Assembly: GCA_964392185.1 (NCBI GenBank)
Contig: CAYMOO010000001.1
Coordinates: 24,060-88,059 of the forward strand
Length of the DNA stretch: 64,000 nucleotides
DNA from: an uncultured Gammaproteobacteria bacterium
GTDB taxonomy: Bacteria > Patescibacteriota > Microgenomatia > UBA1406 > GWC2-37-13
Direction: 5' to 3'
Positions 50,767 through 60,853 of the stretch are shown one piece after another. A program made the translations under genes and the position numbers. Each line of letters opens with the position of its first letter. Positions within the stretch are counted from its first letter, which is position 1. The notes under the pieces were generated by a model. It was not told the origin of the DNA and ran no database searches. It worked only from the letters and a program-made list of their open reading frames with translations.

Positions 50767-52158
50767 ATGATAACTATAAAAAAACTATTTTCGCTGATCG
50801 ATGGTGGAGAAATCACAGATATCGATCTTAGATTTACCGATCTTCGTGGTGTGTGGCATCATATGACGATAACGCCGAGAGAGTTCACGCCGGAAGCGGT
50901 TAAAAAAGGCATCGGCTTTGATGGTTCAAGCATACGTGGATTCATGGCTATTCACGAATCCGACATGTTACTTAAACCAGATGCTGAAGCTATATATCTG
51001 GACCCTTTCTTCGACAAAACCGCGATCGTTATATGCGATATCTATGATCCGGATTCAGGAAAAATGTATCCGAAATGTCCAAGATATACCGCAAAAAAGG
51101 CGGAAAAATACCTTATCGATTCCGGATATGGAGACATCTCATATTGGGGACCGGAATTGGAGTTTTTCGTATTCGATTACATAGATGTTTCTCTCACGCC
51201 TTACGAATCGGGAATATATATTGGTCAAAGAGAAATCGACCGCGAAGAACAGGATGGTTACCCGATACTTAACAAGGGTGGATATTTCCCGGTGCCGCCG
51301 TTCGATAAGCTTCAGAGTTTCCGTTCGGAAATGGTTAGAATCCTTGAGGGTTTAGGTGTGAAGGTTGAAGTACATCACCATGAAGTCGCCGCCGGGGGAC
51401 AAGTAGAGATAGATCTCCGCTATGGACCACTTGTTGAGACCGCCGATCATGTTATGCTCTACAAATATGTCGCCCGTAATTTGGCTAAAAAATACGACAT
51501 GATGGCGTGCTTTTTACCCAAACCGATATACGGTGATAATGGATCGGGCATGCATACACATCAGAGTATTTTTAAGGGTAATAAAAATATTTTCTATGAC
51601 CCTAAAGGATATGGAGAGTTATCACACACAGCGCTTTCCTATACAGCAGGGCTCTTGAGCCACATCGACGCTATTTTGGGAATCACCAACTCAACGGTGA
51701 ACTCTTACAGACGCTTAGTGCCACATTTCGAAGCCCCAACATCAATTGCTTTTTCCAAAAGAAACAGGAGCGCCGCAATCAGGACCCCGATGTATTTCAC
51801 CAAGGAAGAAAAGTCGAAAAGGATTGAGTTCCGTTGCCCCGACCCGACATGTAACCCTTATCTGTCATTTTCCGCTCAGCTCGTGTGCGGCATCTCCGGA
51901 ATTAAAAACAAACTCGACCCAACCAAACTCGGATTTGGACCGTTCGACGAAAATATCTGGGAGAAGTCGGGAGTGAAACAAACACCCAATTCTATATTTG
52001 CCACTCTTGATGCGCTCGGATCCTGTGAGACTCTCACGAAATCCGGAGTGGTTGAGGAGTCGCTTATAAAAAGCTTTATAGAAGTAAAATATGAGGAAGC
52101 ACGACTCAATTTGATGTACCCGACACCGGCCGATTTTCGCTTTTATGGTGATCTCTAA
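50767..52158 (+). CDS. glnA: Glutamine synthetase, type I
   Basis: 463-aa ORF with FDGSSIRGF, GPELEFFVF, KPIYGDNGSGMHTHQS and NSYRRLVPHFEAP motifs. Confidence 0.9.
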   Translation: MITIKKLFSLIDGGEITDIDLRFTDLRGVWHHMTITPREFTPEAVKKGIGFDGSSIRGFMAIHESDMLLKPDAEAIYLDPFFDKTAIVICDIYDPDSGKMYPKCPRYTAKKAEKYLIDSGYGDISYWGPELEFFVFDYIDVSLTPYESGIYIGQREIDREEQDGYPILNKGGYFPVPPFDKLQSFRSEMVRILEGLGVKVEVHHHEVAAGGQVEIDLRYGPLVETADHVMLYKYVARNLAKKYDMMACFLPKPIYGDNGSGMHTHQSIFKGNKNIFYDPKGYGELSHTALSYTAGLLSHIDAILGITNSTVNSYRRLVPHFEAPTSIAFSKRNRSAAIRTPMYFTKEEKSKRIEFRCPDPTCNPYLSFSAQLVCGISGIKNKLDPTKLGFGPFDENIWEKSGVKQTPNSIFATLDALGSCETLTKSGVVEESLIKSFIEVKYEEARLNLMYPTPADFRFYGDL

Positions 52159-52185
52159 AGGCGCATAAAATGCGTATGATAAAAT

Positions 52186-52215
52186 AAAAGGCGGTCTTTG
52201 AGACCGCCTTTTATT
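52186..52215 (+). terminator. Rho-independent terminator after glnA
   Basis: GGCGGTCT (52190-52197) pairs with AGACCGCC (52201-52208) around a TTG loop, followed by TTTTATT. Confidence 0.7.
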
Positions 52216-52935
52216 ATGATTGAGTCAACAGCCACGATCGAAAAAAGCCGACAAATATCTCCTCGTGAAGAATCACTGCTACGCGAAGCGTTGGGACAAA
52301 AACTCAAAACCGAAGAATTGCAAATTATAGGTGATGGTTTTTTTAATAAAGTGTATCGATATGACAACACCGTATACAAAATTCCAAAAAATTTAACCTA
52401 TTTTGGTTACCCTTCTTATCTGCAGCTGGGTTTCGAAAATTCGATATACAAAAGTTGCCGATTACCGGCGCCAGATAGCGAGGTGTTACCGACGTTTGAT
52501 AGAACCACCGGCATAATCGCAACTGAATTTGTACCCGATTTTAGACCACTCACCCTATTCGACACAATATACGACCCGCAAATAAGGAGCCAGCTTCTCG
52601 GTTTTTTAGAGCTGGATCGGGTGATAACCGAAGGTTTTGGCTGCGCTATCGACTTCATCGACTTTGAAGCGGGTAAACTATATGCAGCTAATTATGGGTT
52701 GCCGCTTTCATTTTTACTTAACGATGAACATAGTATTCCGGATATGACTTTGTCCAATAATTTAGTAATATCACCAAATAATAAGTTGATAAATATAGAT
52801 AACGGAATGTTATGGCTGAAGGATAAATTGCATATTGCCAACCAAAAATGGATAACTCCCCACACCGCCTGCTACCAAGCGGTGCATAAATTTATGCTAA
52901 ATCCTCTGGAAGATTATTTGAAACGGTTAAATTAA
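52216..52935 (+). CDS. Hypothetical protein, possibly protein-kinase-like fold
   Basis: I prefer the ATG at 52216 (MIESTA), because the ORF-track start at 52198 lies inside the glnA terminator. IGDGFFNKVYRYDNTVYKIPK resembles a Gly-loop plus VxK. The rest is unrecognised. Confidence 0.35.
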   Translation: MIESTATIEKSRQISPREESLLREALGQKLKTEELQIIGDGFFNKVYRYDNTVYKIPKNLTYFGYPSYLQLGFENSIYKSCRLPAPDSEVLPTFDRTTGIIATEFVPDFRPLTLFDTIYDPQIRSQLLGFLELDRVITEGFGCAIDFIDFEAGKLYAANYGLPLSFLLNDEHSIPDMTLSNNLVISPNNKLINIDNGMLWLKDKLHIANQKWITPHTACYQAVHKFMLNPLEDYLKRLN

Positions 52936-52961
52936 TTATTAATGTTATAATTTTAGCTACC

Positions 52962-53369
52962 ATGCTCGATAAATACCCGGTGGTGCTTGCGGTTGCCGCA
53001 TTCATCGAAAATAATAATAAACAGATCTTAGTCGTTAAAAAAGCTCCCAGTGAGCCAGTCGACGGTGGATTCTGGACGATTCCTGGTGGAAAAATAGAAC
53101 CAAAAGAAGCTATAATCGATGGCCTAAAGAGAGAAACTCTGGAAGAAGCCGGTTTGAAAGTGACAGATTATAAATGGATAGGGGAGGATGTCTTTGAAAG
53201 TGGTGGCTGGTGGTATCATGGCCAACATTTCCTTTGTCATGTTGAAAATACTGAAGAAATAAAATTAGAAAGAACACTTCTTGAATACCGCTGGGTATCC
53301 AGAGAAGATCTTGACAAATTGGAATTTCATCCCAATATCAAAAAAAGACTTCTGGAAATATTCACCTAA
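52962..53369 (+). CDS. NUDIX hydrolase
   Basis: 135-aa ORF with the Nudix box GGKIEPKEAIIDGLKRETLEEAGL. Confidence 0.8.
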   Translation: MLDKYPVVLAVAAFIENNNKQILVVKKAPSEPVDGGFWTIPGGKIEPKEAIIDGLKRETLEEAGLKVTDYKWIGEDVFESGGWWYHGQHFLCHVENTEEIKLERTLLEYRWVSREDLDKLEFHPNIKKRLLEIFT

Positions 53370-53371
53370 AA

Positions 53372-54691
53372 TCATTTTGCCTCTAGTACTTTTTTGGTTT
53401 CTATTTTATACAGCTCTACATGTGGCTGATCAAATGTGTTTACATTGAGAAGCTTACCCAAGTACATCATCTCAATCATCTTAAACTGCATGAACGCCCC
53501 GAGTGATTTCTCGGAAATTTCATCGAGAACGACCTCAACGAAGGGCACCGATTGTTTTTTATACGCTTCTTTAATTCCTGTCAATATCGCCCGCATGATA
53601 TCTGATGCTTTTTTTCCGTATATACTCTCCACCAATCCTGGCATCAATGGATGAGAAGGAATCTGCGCGTCACTGTTATTTTTAAGAGCGGAGACGAAAG
53701 TTGTTGTTTTATCTCTAGGACCACCTAAATAAAGTTGACCCACCGAATGCAGGTCGGTAGAGCCAACAGAGACTGTTGGCGTTATCCCGGCGTAAACTAA
53801 TTTACCACTTAAATCGTGCTCTTTACCGATACTTTCGCCCATGAGTTGACGGTACCATTTCCCCACGGATTCAAGCTCCTGGTTGAACACAAATGTATCG
53901 TTGATAACCCTACCTTCTTGAAGATGGGCATAGAGAAAAACCGCCGAAATGAGAGCGGGGTTTTTTTCCCAATTTCTATCCAAACATGATTCTCTTATAT
54001 TGAGAGCTCCCTCTAATAATGCCCTTATATCAAAACCGGCAACCGCTAAAGGAAAGAGTCCTACCGTCGAAAACACCGAATAACGACCTCCAACGGTGTC
54101 TGGTAAAGCCAATGTTTGTATATTGTTTTTTTCTGCACCGTGCCAAAATTTAGAACCTTTACCCGAAGTAACAACAACGCGCTCTAAAATAGATTTTCCA
54201 AATTTCTTAACTAGAGACTGGGTGATAATCTCGAAATTGGCGGTTGTTTCCGTAGTACCACCTGATTTACTTATAGCATTAACAACAACTTCTTCTATTG
54301 ATGAAATTCGCGATTCTATAAACGAGCAAAGTTTGGCTAAAAAAACCGGATTCGTTGTGTCGGCAAAAAACATTTTCGGGAACTTATCTGGCTCGAGATT
54401 TTCATAAAAACCCCCCATAGCATCGTAGATCGCCTTTGTTCCCAGATTGGAACCTCCTATACCGATGTCTACTATATATTTAAGCTTCTGGTTGCGAAAT
54501 TTTGTCGCAAACAACTCCACTTGTTTCAGTAATTCTATATCGGCGGGAAGATTGATGGAGCTTTCCGGAAAATCATAACTATTACTTTTCGCTACTTTAG
54601 ACAGATGCTCTATGTAATTAACAACTCTTTCGGTAATTTTTGTAAATTTTTCGGTGTCGACTTGGCTGGACCCTTGATGTTTGAGCTTCAT
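53372..54691 (-). CDS. pgi: Glucose-6-phosphate isomerase
   Basis: 439-aa ORF with DIGIGGSNLGTKAIYDA, SKSGGTTET and GGRYSVFSTVGLFPLAVAG motifs. Confidence 0.85.
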   Translation of the reverse strand: MKLKHQGSSQVDTEKFTKITERVVNYIEHLSKVAKSNSYDFPESSINLPADIELLKQVELFATKFRNQKLKYIVDIGIGGSNLGTKAIYDAMGGFYENLEPDKFPKMFFADTTNPVFLAKLCSFIESRISSIEEVVVNAISKSGGTTETTANFEIITQSLVKKFGKSILERVVVTSGKGSKFWHGAEKNNIQTLALPDTVGGRYSVFSTVGLFPLAVAGFDIRALLEGALNIRESCLDRNWEKNPALISAVFLYAHLQEGRVINDTFVFNQELESVGKWYRQLMGESIGKEHDLSGKLVYAGITPTVSVGSTDLHSVGQLYLGGPRDKTTTFVSALKNNSDAQIPSHPLMPGLVESIYGKKASDIMRAILTGIKEAYKKQSVPFVEVVLDEISEKSLGAFMQFKMIEMMYLGKLLNVNTFDQPHVELYKIETKKVLEAK

Positions 54692-54721
54692 AGTGTAAAA
54701 ATTTTAAGATCGTCGCACAGC

Positions 54722-55849
54722 TTAGGCGGGATAACTTTTAAGAATGGTTGCTTTTCCGGTTTGGGGCTTAATTTTGTAGAAACCACATTCCTTTGGTATG
54801 AAACACGAGTGTCCTTGCCCCACGCGCACATTCCCCTCAGGACCATCAACCTCTATCGCTCCTTGACGCACGAACAAATGAACGAAATTATTACCCGTGT
54901 GATCTCCGAAGTCATGACTTATTTCCAAGCGATCCATAAAATAGTAAGGTGTTTTCAGAAGAGAATTTCCATCGGGCAATCTGGTTGCATTTTTTATATC
55001 GTTTGCCAACGGATCCGAATCAATAAATCGAAAATAATCGTCTATGTGAATCTTCCTGATAGAGCCGTCTTCCTTCATTTTTCCTTGATCGAAAGATCTG
55101 ATAGTACAGATAGGATCCATAACATCGAGTTGTATTTCGTAAAGAATATTACCGCTGGGAAATTGTTGACGATCTTCTTCCCATGAATGATGAACGGCTC
55201 CCGCACTTAAATCTATTATCGAATCCTTTTGGGTTTCATGGATATTTACGAACTGCTTAGGATTGTTATTCGCTATAAAGATGTGGGCTTGATTTTTTGC
55301 TTGTTCTATGGGCATTTCTCCTGATTTAACTAGATTGCTCAAACGCATCATCTCATTGTTTACTAAATGACAAATGTTTTTATATTCGTTTAAGTCAACG
55401 CCTTCTTTGATACCAAAACTAACAAGTCCGGGCTCGAAATAATACCAGGATTCGGGTTTTGGTTTCCAGTGAGAGTGTGACACACCAGGTTTTATATGTA
55501 GTTGAAAAGAGTTACCATAGGCCTGATTCATCTTGAGAAGCAGAGGCATGTGTTTGGCGATGTGACCTACAGTAATATAATCCTTGCCTTCCAATAAATG
55601 GAAGTCTTGATCCTGCATTAGATTCCCGTCTGCCGAGCTTATCTCGGGCAAAAATCGATTGAAGTCGGTGTCGTTTACATTTAACAATAACTTAGATCTG
55701 CCAAATAGCTCATAACTCTGACCGATCTTTTTACCTTTGAGCTGGGGTAATTCGGACCACCCCTTCATTTCCAGGATATAGTCCCCACCCCAAGTAGGTT
55801 GTTCGATCAAGCGCGGTATAACTAAAAAGGGTCTTTTCAAGGAATACAT
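54722..55849 (-). CDS. Class I mannose-6-phosphate isomerase-like cupin
   Basis: 375-aa ORF. QPTWGGDYILEMKGW...KIGQSYELFG, SFQLHIKPG and AGAVHHSWEED parallel the PMI type I motifs WGG...GE.WE, lS.QVHP and aG..HA. Confidence 0.6.
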   Translation of the reverse strand: MYSLKRPFLVIPRLIEQPTWGGDYILEMKGWSELPQLKGKKIGQSYELFGRSKLLLNVNDTDFNRFLPEISSADGNLMQDQDFHLLEGKDYITVGHIAKHMPLLLKMNQAYGNSFQLHIKPGVSHSHWKPKPESWYYFEPGLVSFGIKEGVDLNEYKNICHLVNNEMMRLSNLVKSGEMPIEQAKNQAHIFIANNNPKQFVNIHETQKDSIIDLSAGAVHHSWEEDRQQFPSGNILYEIQLDVMDPICTIRSFDQGKMKEDGSIRKIHIDDYFRFIDSDPLANDIKNATRLPDGNSLLKTPYYFMDRLEISHDFGDHTGNNFVHLFVRQGAIEVDGPEGNVRVGQGHSCFIPKECGFYKIKPQTGKATILKSYPA

Positions 55850-55957
55850 GATTACAGTATCTTACACTATTGCCGCCCTTAATACAATCCGCAGCCTGCA
55901 TATATTTTCCTTTTGCTGGCTGGCTATAGATATATTATATATAGTATAATTCTCTTG

Positions 55958-56881
55958 ATGAAACAAAAAGAATCGTTCCTGCTTGCCGCCCGTGTTTTGA
56001 GAGTAAATCAGTGGGTAAAAAACTTGGTCGTTTTGACAGCGATTCTTTTTTCCGGAAATTTGTTCCGCTGGGACCAATTATCAATAAGCCTTTACGCCTT
56101 CCTAAACTTTTGCCTATTATCATCGGCATCTTATATTCTCAACGACATAATCGATTATAAATACGATAAAAACCACCCTGTAAAACGCAACCGCCCTCTT
56201 GCTTCCGGAAAGATATCGATTGCACAGGCAACATTTTTTGTTTTCATATTAACAATCGTGTCTCTTCTTGTCGCTCTTGGAATATCGGTGCAATTTTTCC
56301 TGTTGGCTCTTGTTTTCATAATGCTGCACTTCATATATTCTCTTTATCTAAAAAAATATCCTGTAATCGATATATTCACCATTTCCTTTTCGTTCATGAT
56401 CCGGACTTTTGCAGGCGAAGTTGTGTCTGGATTCCATATACCAATCTGGCTCTTGCTGACAATTTTCTTCATTTCCCTCTTTATGGCAACGATAAAAAGA
56501 CATGCCGAGCTGAAATCGCACGTAAAAGGAACGCGGGAATCTCTCTATGGCTATAAAGGACCACTCCTTGATTTTCTTACGTATGTATTTGCAACCGCAA
56601 CACTGATAAGTTATTCCACCTATACATACCAAGAAAAATTGCCGGCGACAAAAGGATTGTTATCTTGGTATTTTTCTTATTTGTATCCTAACTTTGAGGC
56701 TAGAAAATGGATGATGATAACGATCCCGGTGGTTGTTTACGGTATATCGAGATACGCTCAGCTTCTTTATGAAAAATCTGAAGGGGAAAGGCCAGAAAAG
56801 ATAATCACAACCGACAAACCACTCATGATCACGATGGCACTCTGGGGAATAATCGTGGTTGCCCTGATATATGTCGTTTAA
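55958..56881 (+). CDS. UbiA-family prenyltransferase (decaprenyl-phosphate phosphoribosyltransferase-like)
   Basis: It has the Asp-rich motif NDIIDYKYDKNHPVKRNRPLASG and is polytopic. The ORF-track start at 55913 is TTG. I prefer the first ATG at 55958 (MKQKES), which is preceded by TATAAT at 55945-55950. Confidence 0.75.
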   Translation: MKQKESFLLAARVLRVNQWVKNLVVLTAILFSGNLFRWDQLSISLYAFLNFCLLSSASYILNDIIDYKYDKNHPVKRNRPLASGKISIAQATFFVFILTIVSLLVALGISVQFFLLALVFIMLHFIYSLYLKKYPVIDIFTISFSFMIRTFAGEVVSGFHIPIWLLLTIFFISLFMATIKRHAELKSHVKGTRESLYGYKGPLLDFLTYVFATATLISYSTYTYQEKLPATKGLLSWYFSYLYPNFEARKWMMITIPVVVYGISRYAQLLYEKSEGERPEKIITTDKPLMITMALWGIIVVALIYVV

Positions 56882-56960
56882 ATGGTGTAGACTATATACG
56901 ATAGACATCTAATGTGATTCTGCTACAATGGTACAATCCTTTAATATTTAGTTTCAAAAT

Positions 56961-57971
56961 ATGAAAACAACAGATACGAACAGTCAAAAAAAACAGGCAG
57001 TTAATATGGCGATCGAGCAGATACAAAAACAATTCGGTAAAGGCTCGATAATGAGACTCGGTGAAAAACCAGCAACAGCAATCGATGTAATTCCAACCGG
57101 TATCATGCCCCTCGACTTTGCACTTGGTGTGGGAGGCGTGCCAAAAGGAAGAATCATAGAAATTTTTGGTCCGGAATCTTCCGGTAAAACCACATTGTGT
57201 CTTTCACTTATAGCAGAAACGCAAAAATCTGGTGGAACAGCCGCCTTTGTCGATGCCGAACATGCTTTGGATCCGGTATGGGCTAAAACAATCGGTGTCA
57301 AACTGGAGGACTTACTTGTTTCTCAGCCGGATACAGGCGAACAAGCTCTTGAGATTACGGAGGCGTTAATAAGATCGGGTGGTATTGATCTGGTTGTTGT
57401 CGATTCTGTCGCAGCACTTGTTCCTCGATCGGAAATCGAGGGCGAAATGGGCGACTCTCAAATGGGAGTACAGGCCCGCCTCATGTCCCAAGCGTTGCGC
57501 AAGCTTACCGGAGTTGTCTCCAAATCCAAAACTACCATCATATTCACCAACCAACTACGGTTAAAAATAGGCGTCATGTTCGGAAATCCGGAAACAACTA
57601 CCGGAGGTATGGCGCTTAAATTTTACGCCTCGGTACGTATGGATGTACGCAAGATAGAAACACTCAAAAAAAACGGCAATGTTTATGGAGCGAGAGCACG
57701 AGTAAAAATCGTCAAAAACAAAGTCGCCCCTCCTTTTAAAGAGGCTGAGATAGTGATAACCGCAGAGGGTGTCGATAGAATAGAAGGGTTGGTTGATACA
57801 GCAATAAACGCTGGGGTCATAACCAAAAGCGGCTCATTCCTTAAATACAAAGACCAGACTTTGGCGCAAGGTAAGGAACAAATAAAGGAAGTTTTAGAAA
57901 AAGACGAAAAATTAAAAAAGCAGATAATCAAGGAAGTAACAGACAAGATAACAACACAACCAAATTCTTAA
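56961..57971 (+). CDS. recA: Recombinase RecA
   Basis: 336-aa ORF with Walker [30 protein letters not shown] and [23 protein letters not shown]. No intein is present. Confidence 0.95.
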   Translation: MKTTDTNSQKKQAVNMAIEQIQKQFGKGSIMRLGEKPATAIDVIPTGIMPLDFALGVGGVPKGRIIEIFGPESSGKTTLCLSLIAETQKSGGTAAFVDAEHALDPVWAKTIGVKLEDLLVSQPDTGEQALEITEALIRSGGIDLVVVDSVAALVPRSEIEGEMGDSQMGVQARLMSQALRKLTGVVSKSKTTIIFTNQLRLKIGVMFGNPETTTGGMALKFYASVRMDVRKIETLKKNGNVYGARARVKIVKNKVAPPFKEAEIVITAEGVDRIEGLVDTAINAGVITKSGSFLKYKDQTLAQGKEQIKEVLEKDEKLKKQIIKEVTDKITTQPNS

Positions 57972-57974
57972 GAC

Positions 57975-58454
57975 ATGAATAAAGATGAAATCGAAGAAAT
58001 TCTGAATTCGGCATATTTTTATCTTAAATTTCGGCCAAGAACTAAGAAGGAGGTTGTTGCATATCTCAATAAAAAAGCTACCGACCGCTCCTGGAGCGAA
58101 GAAGGAATAAACAAAGCCGTAGAGTCTCTGGAAAAAAATAAATATATCGATGATAGTGCCTTTACAGAGTGGTTCGTAAATTCGCGCAATTCAAGTAAGC
58201 CAAAGGGGGAATATGTGTTGCGGGGCGAGCTTATGCGCATGGGCGTAGAAAGGGAGCTGTTGGATAAATACTTCATCGAGAATAAACCTGATGATACTGA
58301 GATGGCATACAGAGCCATCGCGAGTAAATGGTCGAGAATGGGTGATTTACACCCTAAGGAAAGATTCCGCAAGGTTGCTGCATTACTCCAACGTAGAGGA
58401 TTTTCTTGGGAAACGATCAAAAAAGTTGTTGATAAACTGGAAGAAAACAAGTAA
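57975..58454 (+). CDS. recX: Recombination regulator RecX
   Basis: 159-aa helical-repeat ORF immediately after recA. YLKFRPRTKKEV..YL and YIDDSAFTEWFV are RecX-like. Confidence 0.8.
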   Translation: MNKDEIEEILNSAYFYLKFRPRTKKEVVAYLNKKATDRSWSEEGINKAVESLEKNKYIDDSAFTEWFVNSRNSSKPKGEYVLRGELMRMGVERELLDKYFIENKPDDTEMAYRAIASKWSRMGDLHPKERFRKVAALLQRRGFSWETIKKVVDKLEENK

Positions 58455-58641
58455 AATACTGACAATTATAAATTTCGACTAAGAATCGGGTAAGACGAAC
58501 ACATGAATTTTAGTTATATCTGTAAAAAACAGCAACTATTATTTGGTCAAATATTCCATCTCGAATTTGTTTTCGCAATAAAATTAACACATATACCAGA
58601 TAAACCTAGCCTTTTCTTACTAGAAAAACCAACAATTTTAT

Positions 58642-58670
58642 TTGACGGTTTTTCTTCATTGACGTAAGCT
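58642..58670 (+). promoter_or_regulatory. Candidate promoter of rny
   Basis: TTGACG (58642-58647), a 17-nt spacer, then TAAGCT (58665-58670). It lies about 50 nt upstream of the ATG. Confidence 0.3.
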
Positions 58671-58723
58671 AATACTGTTTCTCAGATATAAACTTCGCTT
58701 TATCCGTAATTAATTCTATTATT

Positions 58724-60181
58724 ATGTTTAAAACATTTTTTAAGCGCCTCTTTCAAAGCGAAGAAGAGCGTCAGGAAGAAATATTGCGCACAAAACAAAA
58801 AGCTAAAGAAATTCTCCTAAAAGCAAATGAAGAGGCTCTAAGGATAAAACAGGAAGCGGAAAGAGAAGCGAGAAAGACATTGTCTGAAGGTTTGGAACTG
58901 GAAAAAAACCTCAACCGCAAAGAACAGCAATTGGAAGATCAAAGAGCGTCTTTAGTTCGCGATCGGTCTCAAAACGACCGCGAAAAACAAAAAATTGAAG
59001 GCCTGAAAAAAGAACTGGAAGATAAAAAAGACCAAATTTTACTTAAGTTAGAATCTGTCGCTCAGATGACCAAAGATCAGGCAAGAAATCTCATGTTGCT
59101 CGGCTGGGAAGATAAACTTAAGGCTGATGTCGCCAAAAGAATAAAGCAAGCGGAAGAAGAAATAAAAATCAACGTCGAAGAGAAAGCTAAAGAATTACTA
59201 ATAGATTCAATGAGATATGGCGCTACCGACTATACCGCAGAGTATACACTGTCGGTAGTCCAACTTCCAAACGAAGAATTTAAGGGGCGAATAATCGGTA
59301 AGGATGGCCGCAACATTCGTGCCTTTGAACTTGCAACCGGCGTCGATGTAGACCTGGAAGAAGAGGGAGTAATGCGTCTTTCATCATTTGATTCGGTAAG
59401 ACGTGAAATCGCTCGCATATCACTCGAAAGACTTATCCGTGATGGCAGAATACAACCACAACGTATAGAAGAAATAGTTAAAAAAGTAAGGGAGGAAATA
59501 GAAATGATAATATTCAAAAGCGGCAACGAGCTGGCTCATAAAGTAGGTATTTTCAATCTTCCCCAAGAAGTGACAAAGTTCCTCGGAAAATTCAAATACA
59601 GATATTCGTATGGACAAAACATGATCTTACATACTCTGGAAGAAACGCGCATTGGCGTTGCCCTGGCGCACGAACTGAAGGCTAACGTCAATACGGTGAA
59701 ACTGGGTTGTCTACTCCACGATATTGGTAAAGTAGTCAATGACAAAGAAGGTTCACATGTTGATCTGGGTGTAGACCTTCTGAATAGATATCATTTTCCC
59801 AAACCGGTTGTCGACTGTGTGGCTGCCCACCATGAGGATATCCCTTTTCCCTCCATCGAGGCTATTATTGTCTATATAGCGGACGCTGTTTCCGGTGGCA
59901 GACCCGGAGCGAGACACGAAGATTTACAAGAATATATAAAAAGAATTAAAACTATTGAGGATATTGCTCGAGTAGAGAAGGGTGTACGCGAAGCGTACGC
60001 ACTTCAAGCCGGCCGAGAACTTCGCATCATAGTTAAGCCGGAAGAGGTGTCCGACGAAGAGTGTGCAATATTGGCAAAAAAAATAAAAGAGAGTTTGGAA
60101 AAAAAATTCGACGTGTTTCCCGGTCAAATAAAAGTCACTATTATTCGCGAATATCGAGCGGAAGAAACAACGAAAATATAA
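58724..60181 (+). CDS. rny: Ribonuclease Y
   Basis: 485-aa ORF with a long Lys/Glu coiled coil and a KH domain (GRIIGKDGRNIRAFELATGV). It also has an HD domain (HTLEETRIG...LLHDIGK). Confidence 0.9.
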   Translation: MFKTFFKRLFQSEEERQEEILRTKQKAKEILLKANEEALRIKQEAEREARKTLSEGLELEKNLNRKEQQLEDQRASLVRDRSQNDREKQKIEGLKKELEDKKDQILLKLESVAQMTKDQARNLMLLGWEDKLKADVAKRIKQAEEEIKINVEEKAKELLIDSMRYGATDYTAEYTLSVVQLPNEEFKGRIIGKDGRNIRAFELATGVDVDLEEEGVMRLSSFDSVRREIARISLERLIRDGRIQPQRIEEIVKKVREEIEMIIFKSGNELAHKVGIFNLPQEVTKFLGKFKYRYSYGQNMILHTLEETRIGVALAHELKANVNTVKLGCLLHDIGKVVNDKEGSHVDLGVDLLNRYHFPKPVVDCVAAHHEDIPFPSIEAIIVYIADAVSGGRPGARHEDLQEYIKRIKTIEDIARVEKGVREAYALQAGRELRIIVKPEEVSDEECAILAKKIKESLEKKFDVFPGQIKVTIIREYRAEETTKI

Positions 60182-60252
60182 TGTAATGATTATATTACTG
60201 TGACGCTATAAATTTGATATAGATTGTTACATAAAGATATTCAAAATATAGA

Positions 60253-60281
60253 TTGACAAGACGCCCAAAAACCACTAAGCT
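60253..60281 (+). promoter_or_regulatory. Candidate promoter of the HU gene
   Basis: TTGACA (60253-60258), a 17-nt spacer, then TAAGCT (60276-60281). It would give a leader of about 110 nt ending in the strong Shine-Dalgarno AAGGAAGGGGGTGA. Confidence 0.35.
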
Positions 60282-60398
60282 TTTCCGTATCTTTATCTTG
60301 CCAAAACGGAAGGCAGACGTGGTTGCGATACAATAAAAAATCCAAATCACGCCTCTTTCCGCAACTAATAATTTATTAAGGAAGGGGGTGACAATATT

Positions 60399-60671
60399 AT
60401 GACAAAAGCAGATTTAGTGGCTCAAGTAAGTAAAAAGGTTGGACTAACATCCAAAGCAGCCAAAGATGCAGTTAATGCAGTTTTTGGTTCTGTTACCGAA
60501 GCTATGAAACGTGGTGAGAAAGTAGTCGTCACCGGTTTCGGCACTTTTATGGTTAGAAAACGAGCAGCCAGAAAAGGACGCAATCCTCAAACCGGAGCAG
60601 TCATCCAGATTCCTTCGACCAAAACTCCAGGTTTCACAGCTGGAAAAAGCTTGAAAAGAATGATTAAATAA
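60399..60671 (+). CDS. hup: DNA-binding protein HU
   Basis: 90-aa ORF with MTKADLV...GFGTFMVRKRAARKGRNPQTG...IPSTKTPGFTAGK. Confidence 0.9.
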   Translation: MTKADLVAQVSKKVGLTSKAAKDAVNAVFGSVTEAMKRGEKVVVTGFGTFMVRKRAARKGRNPQTGAVIQIPSTKTPGFTAGKSLKRMIK

Positions 60672-60681
60672 CCAACCAGAC

Positions 60682-60716
60682 AAAAAACCCGTCTCCTAAA
60701 AAATGACGGGTTTTTT
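60682..60716 (+). terminator. Rho-independent terminator after the HU gene
   Basis: CCCGTC (60688-60693) pairs with GACGGG (60705-60710) around an 11-nt loop, followed by TTTTTT. Confidence 0.7.
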
Positions 60717-60853
60717 GATGGTTTAATTTTGGCCGAAAAAACGTAATTGTCGCAACAGTAATATATGGACTTGTTTTTTGCGCCATCGTTTGGTAAAGTA
60801 TATTCCTAATCCCAAAAGGATTGAGCTAAAAAAAAGGAGGACATCTCAAACTC

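Noticed and set aside
54605-55186. 193-aa plus-strand ORF spanning the pgi/manA-like junction
   Set aside because: It is antisense to two minus-strand genes with recognisable motifs and bridges their intergenic gap, which makes it an unlikely real gene.
56882-56960. LexA/SOS box upstream of recA
   Set aside because: No CTGT-N8-ACAG or GAAC-N4-GTTC type palindrome is present, only AT-rich promoter-like hexamers (TACAAT).
58019-58465. 148-aa ORF antisense to recX
   Set aside because: It is fully contained in recX on the opposite strand. recX is supported by its position after recA and by its helical-repeat sequence.
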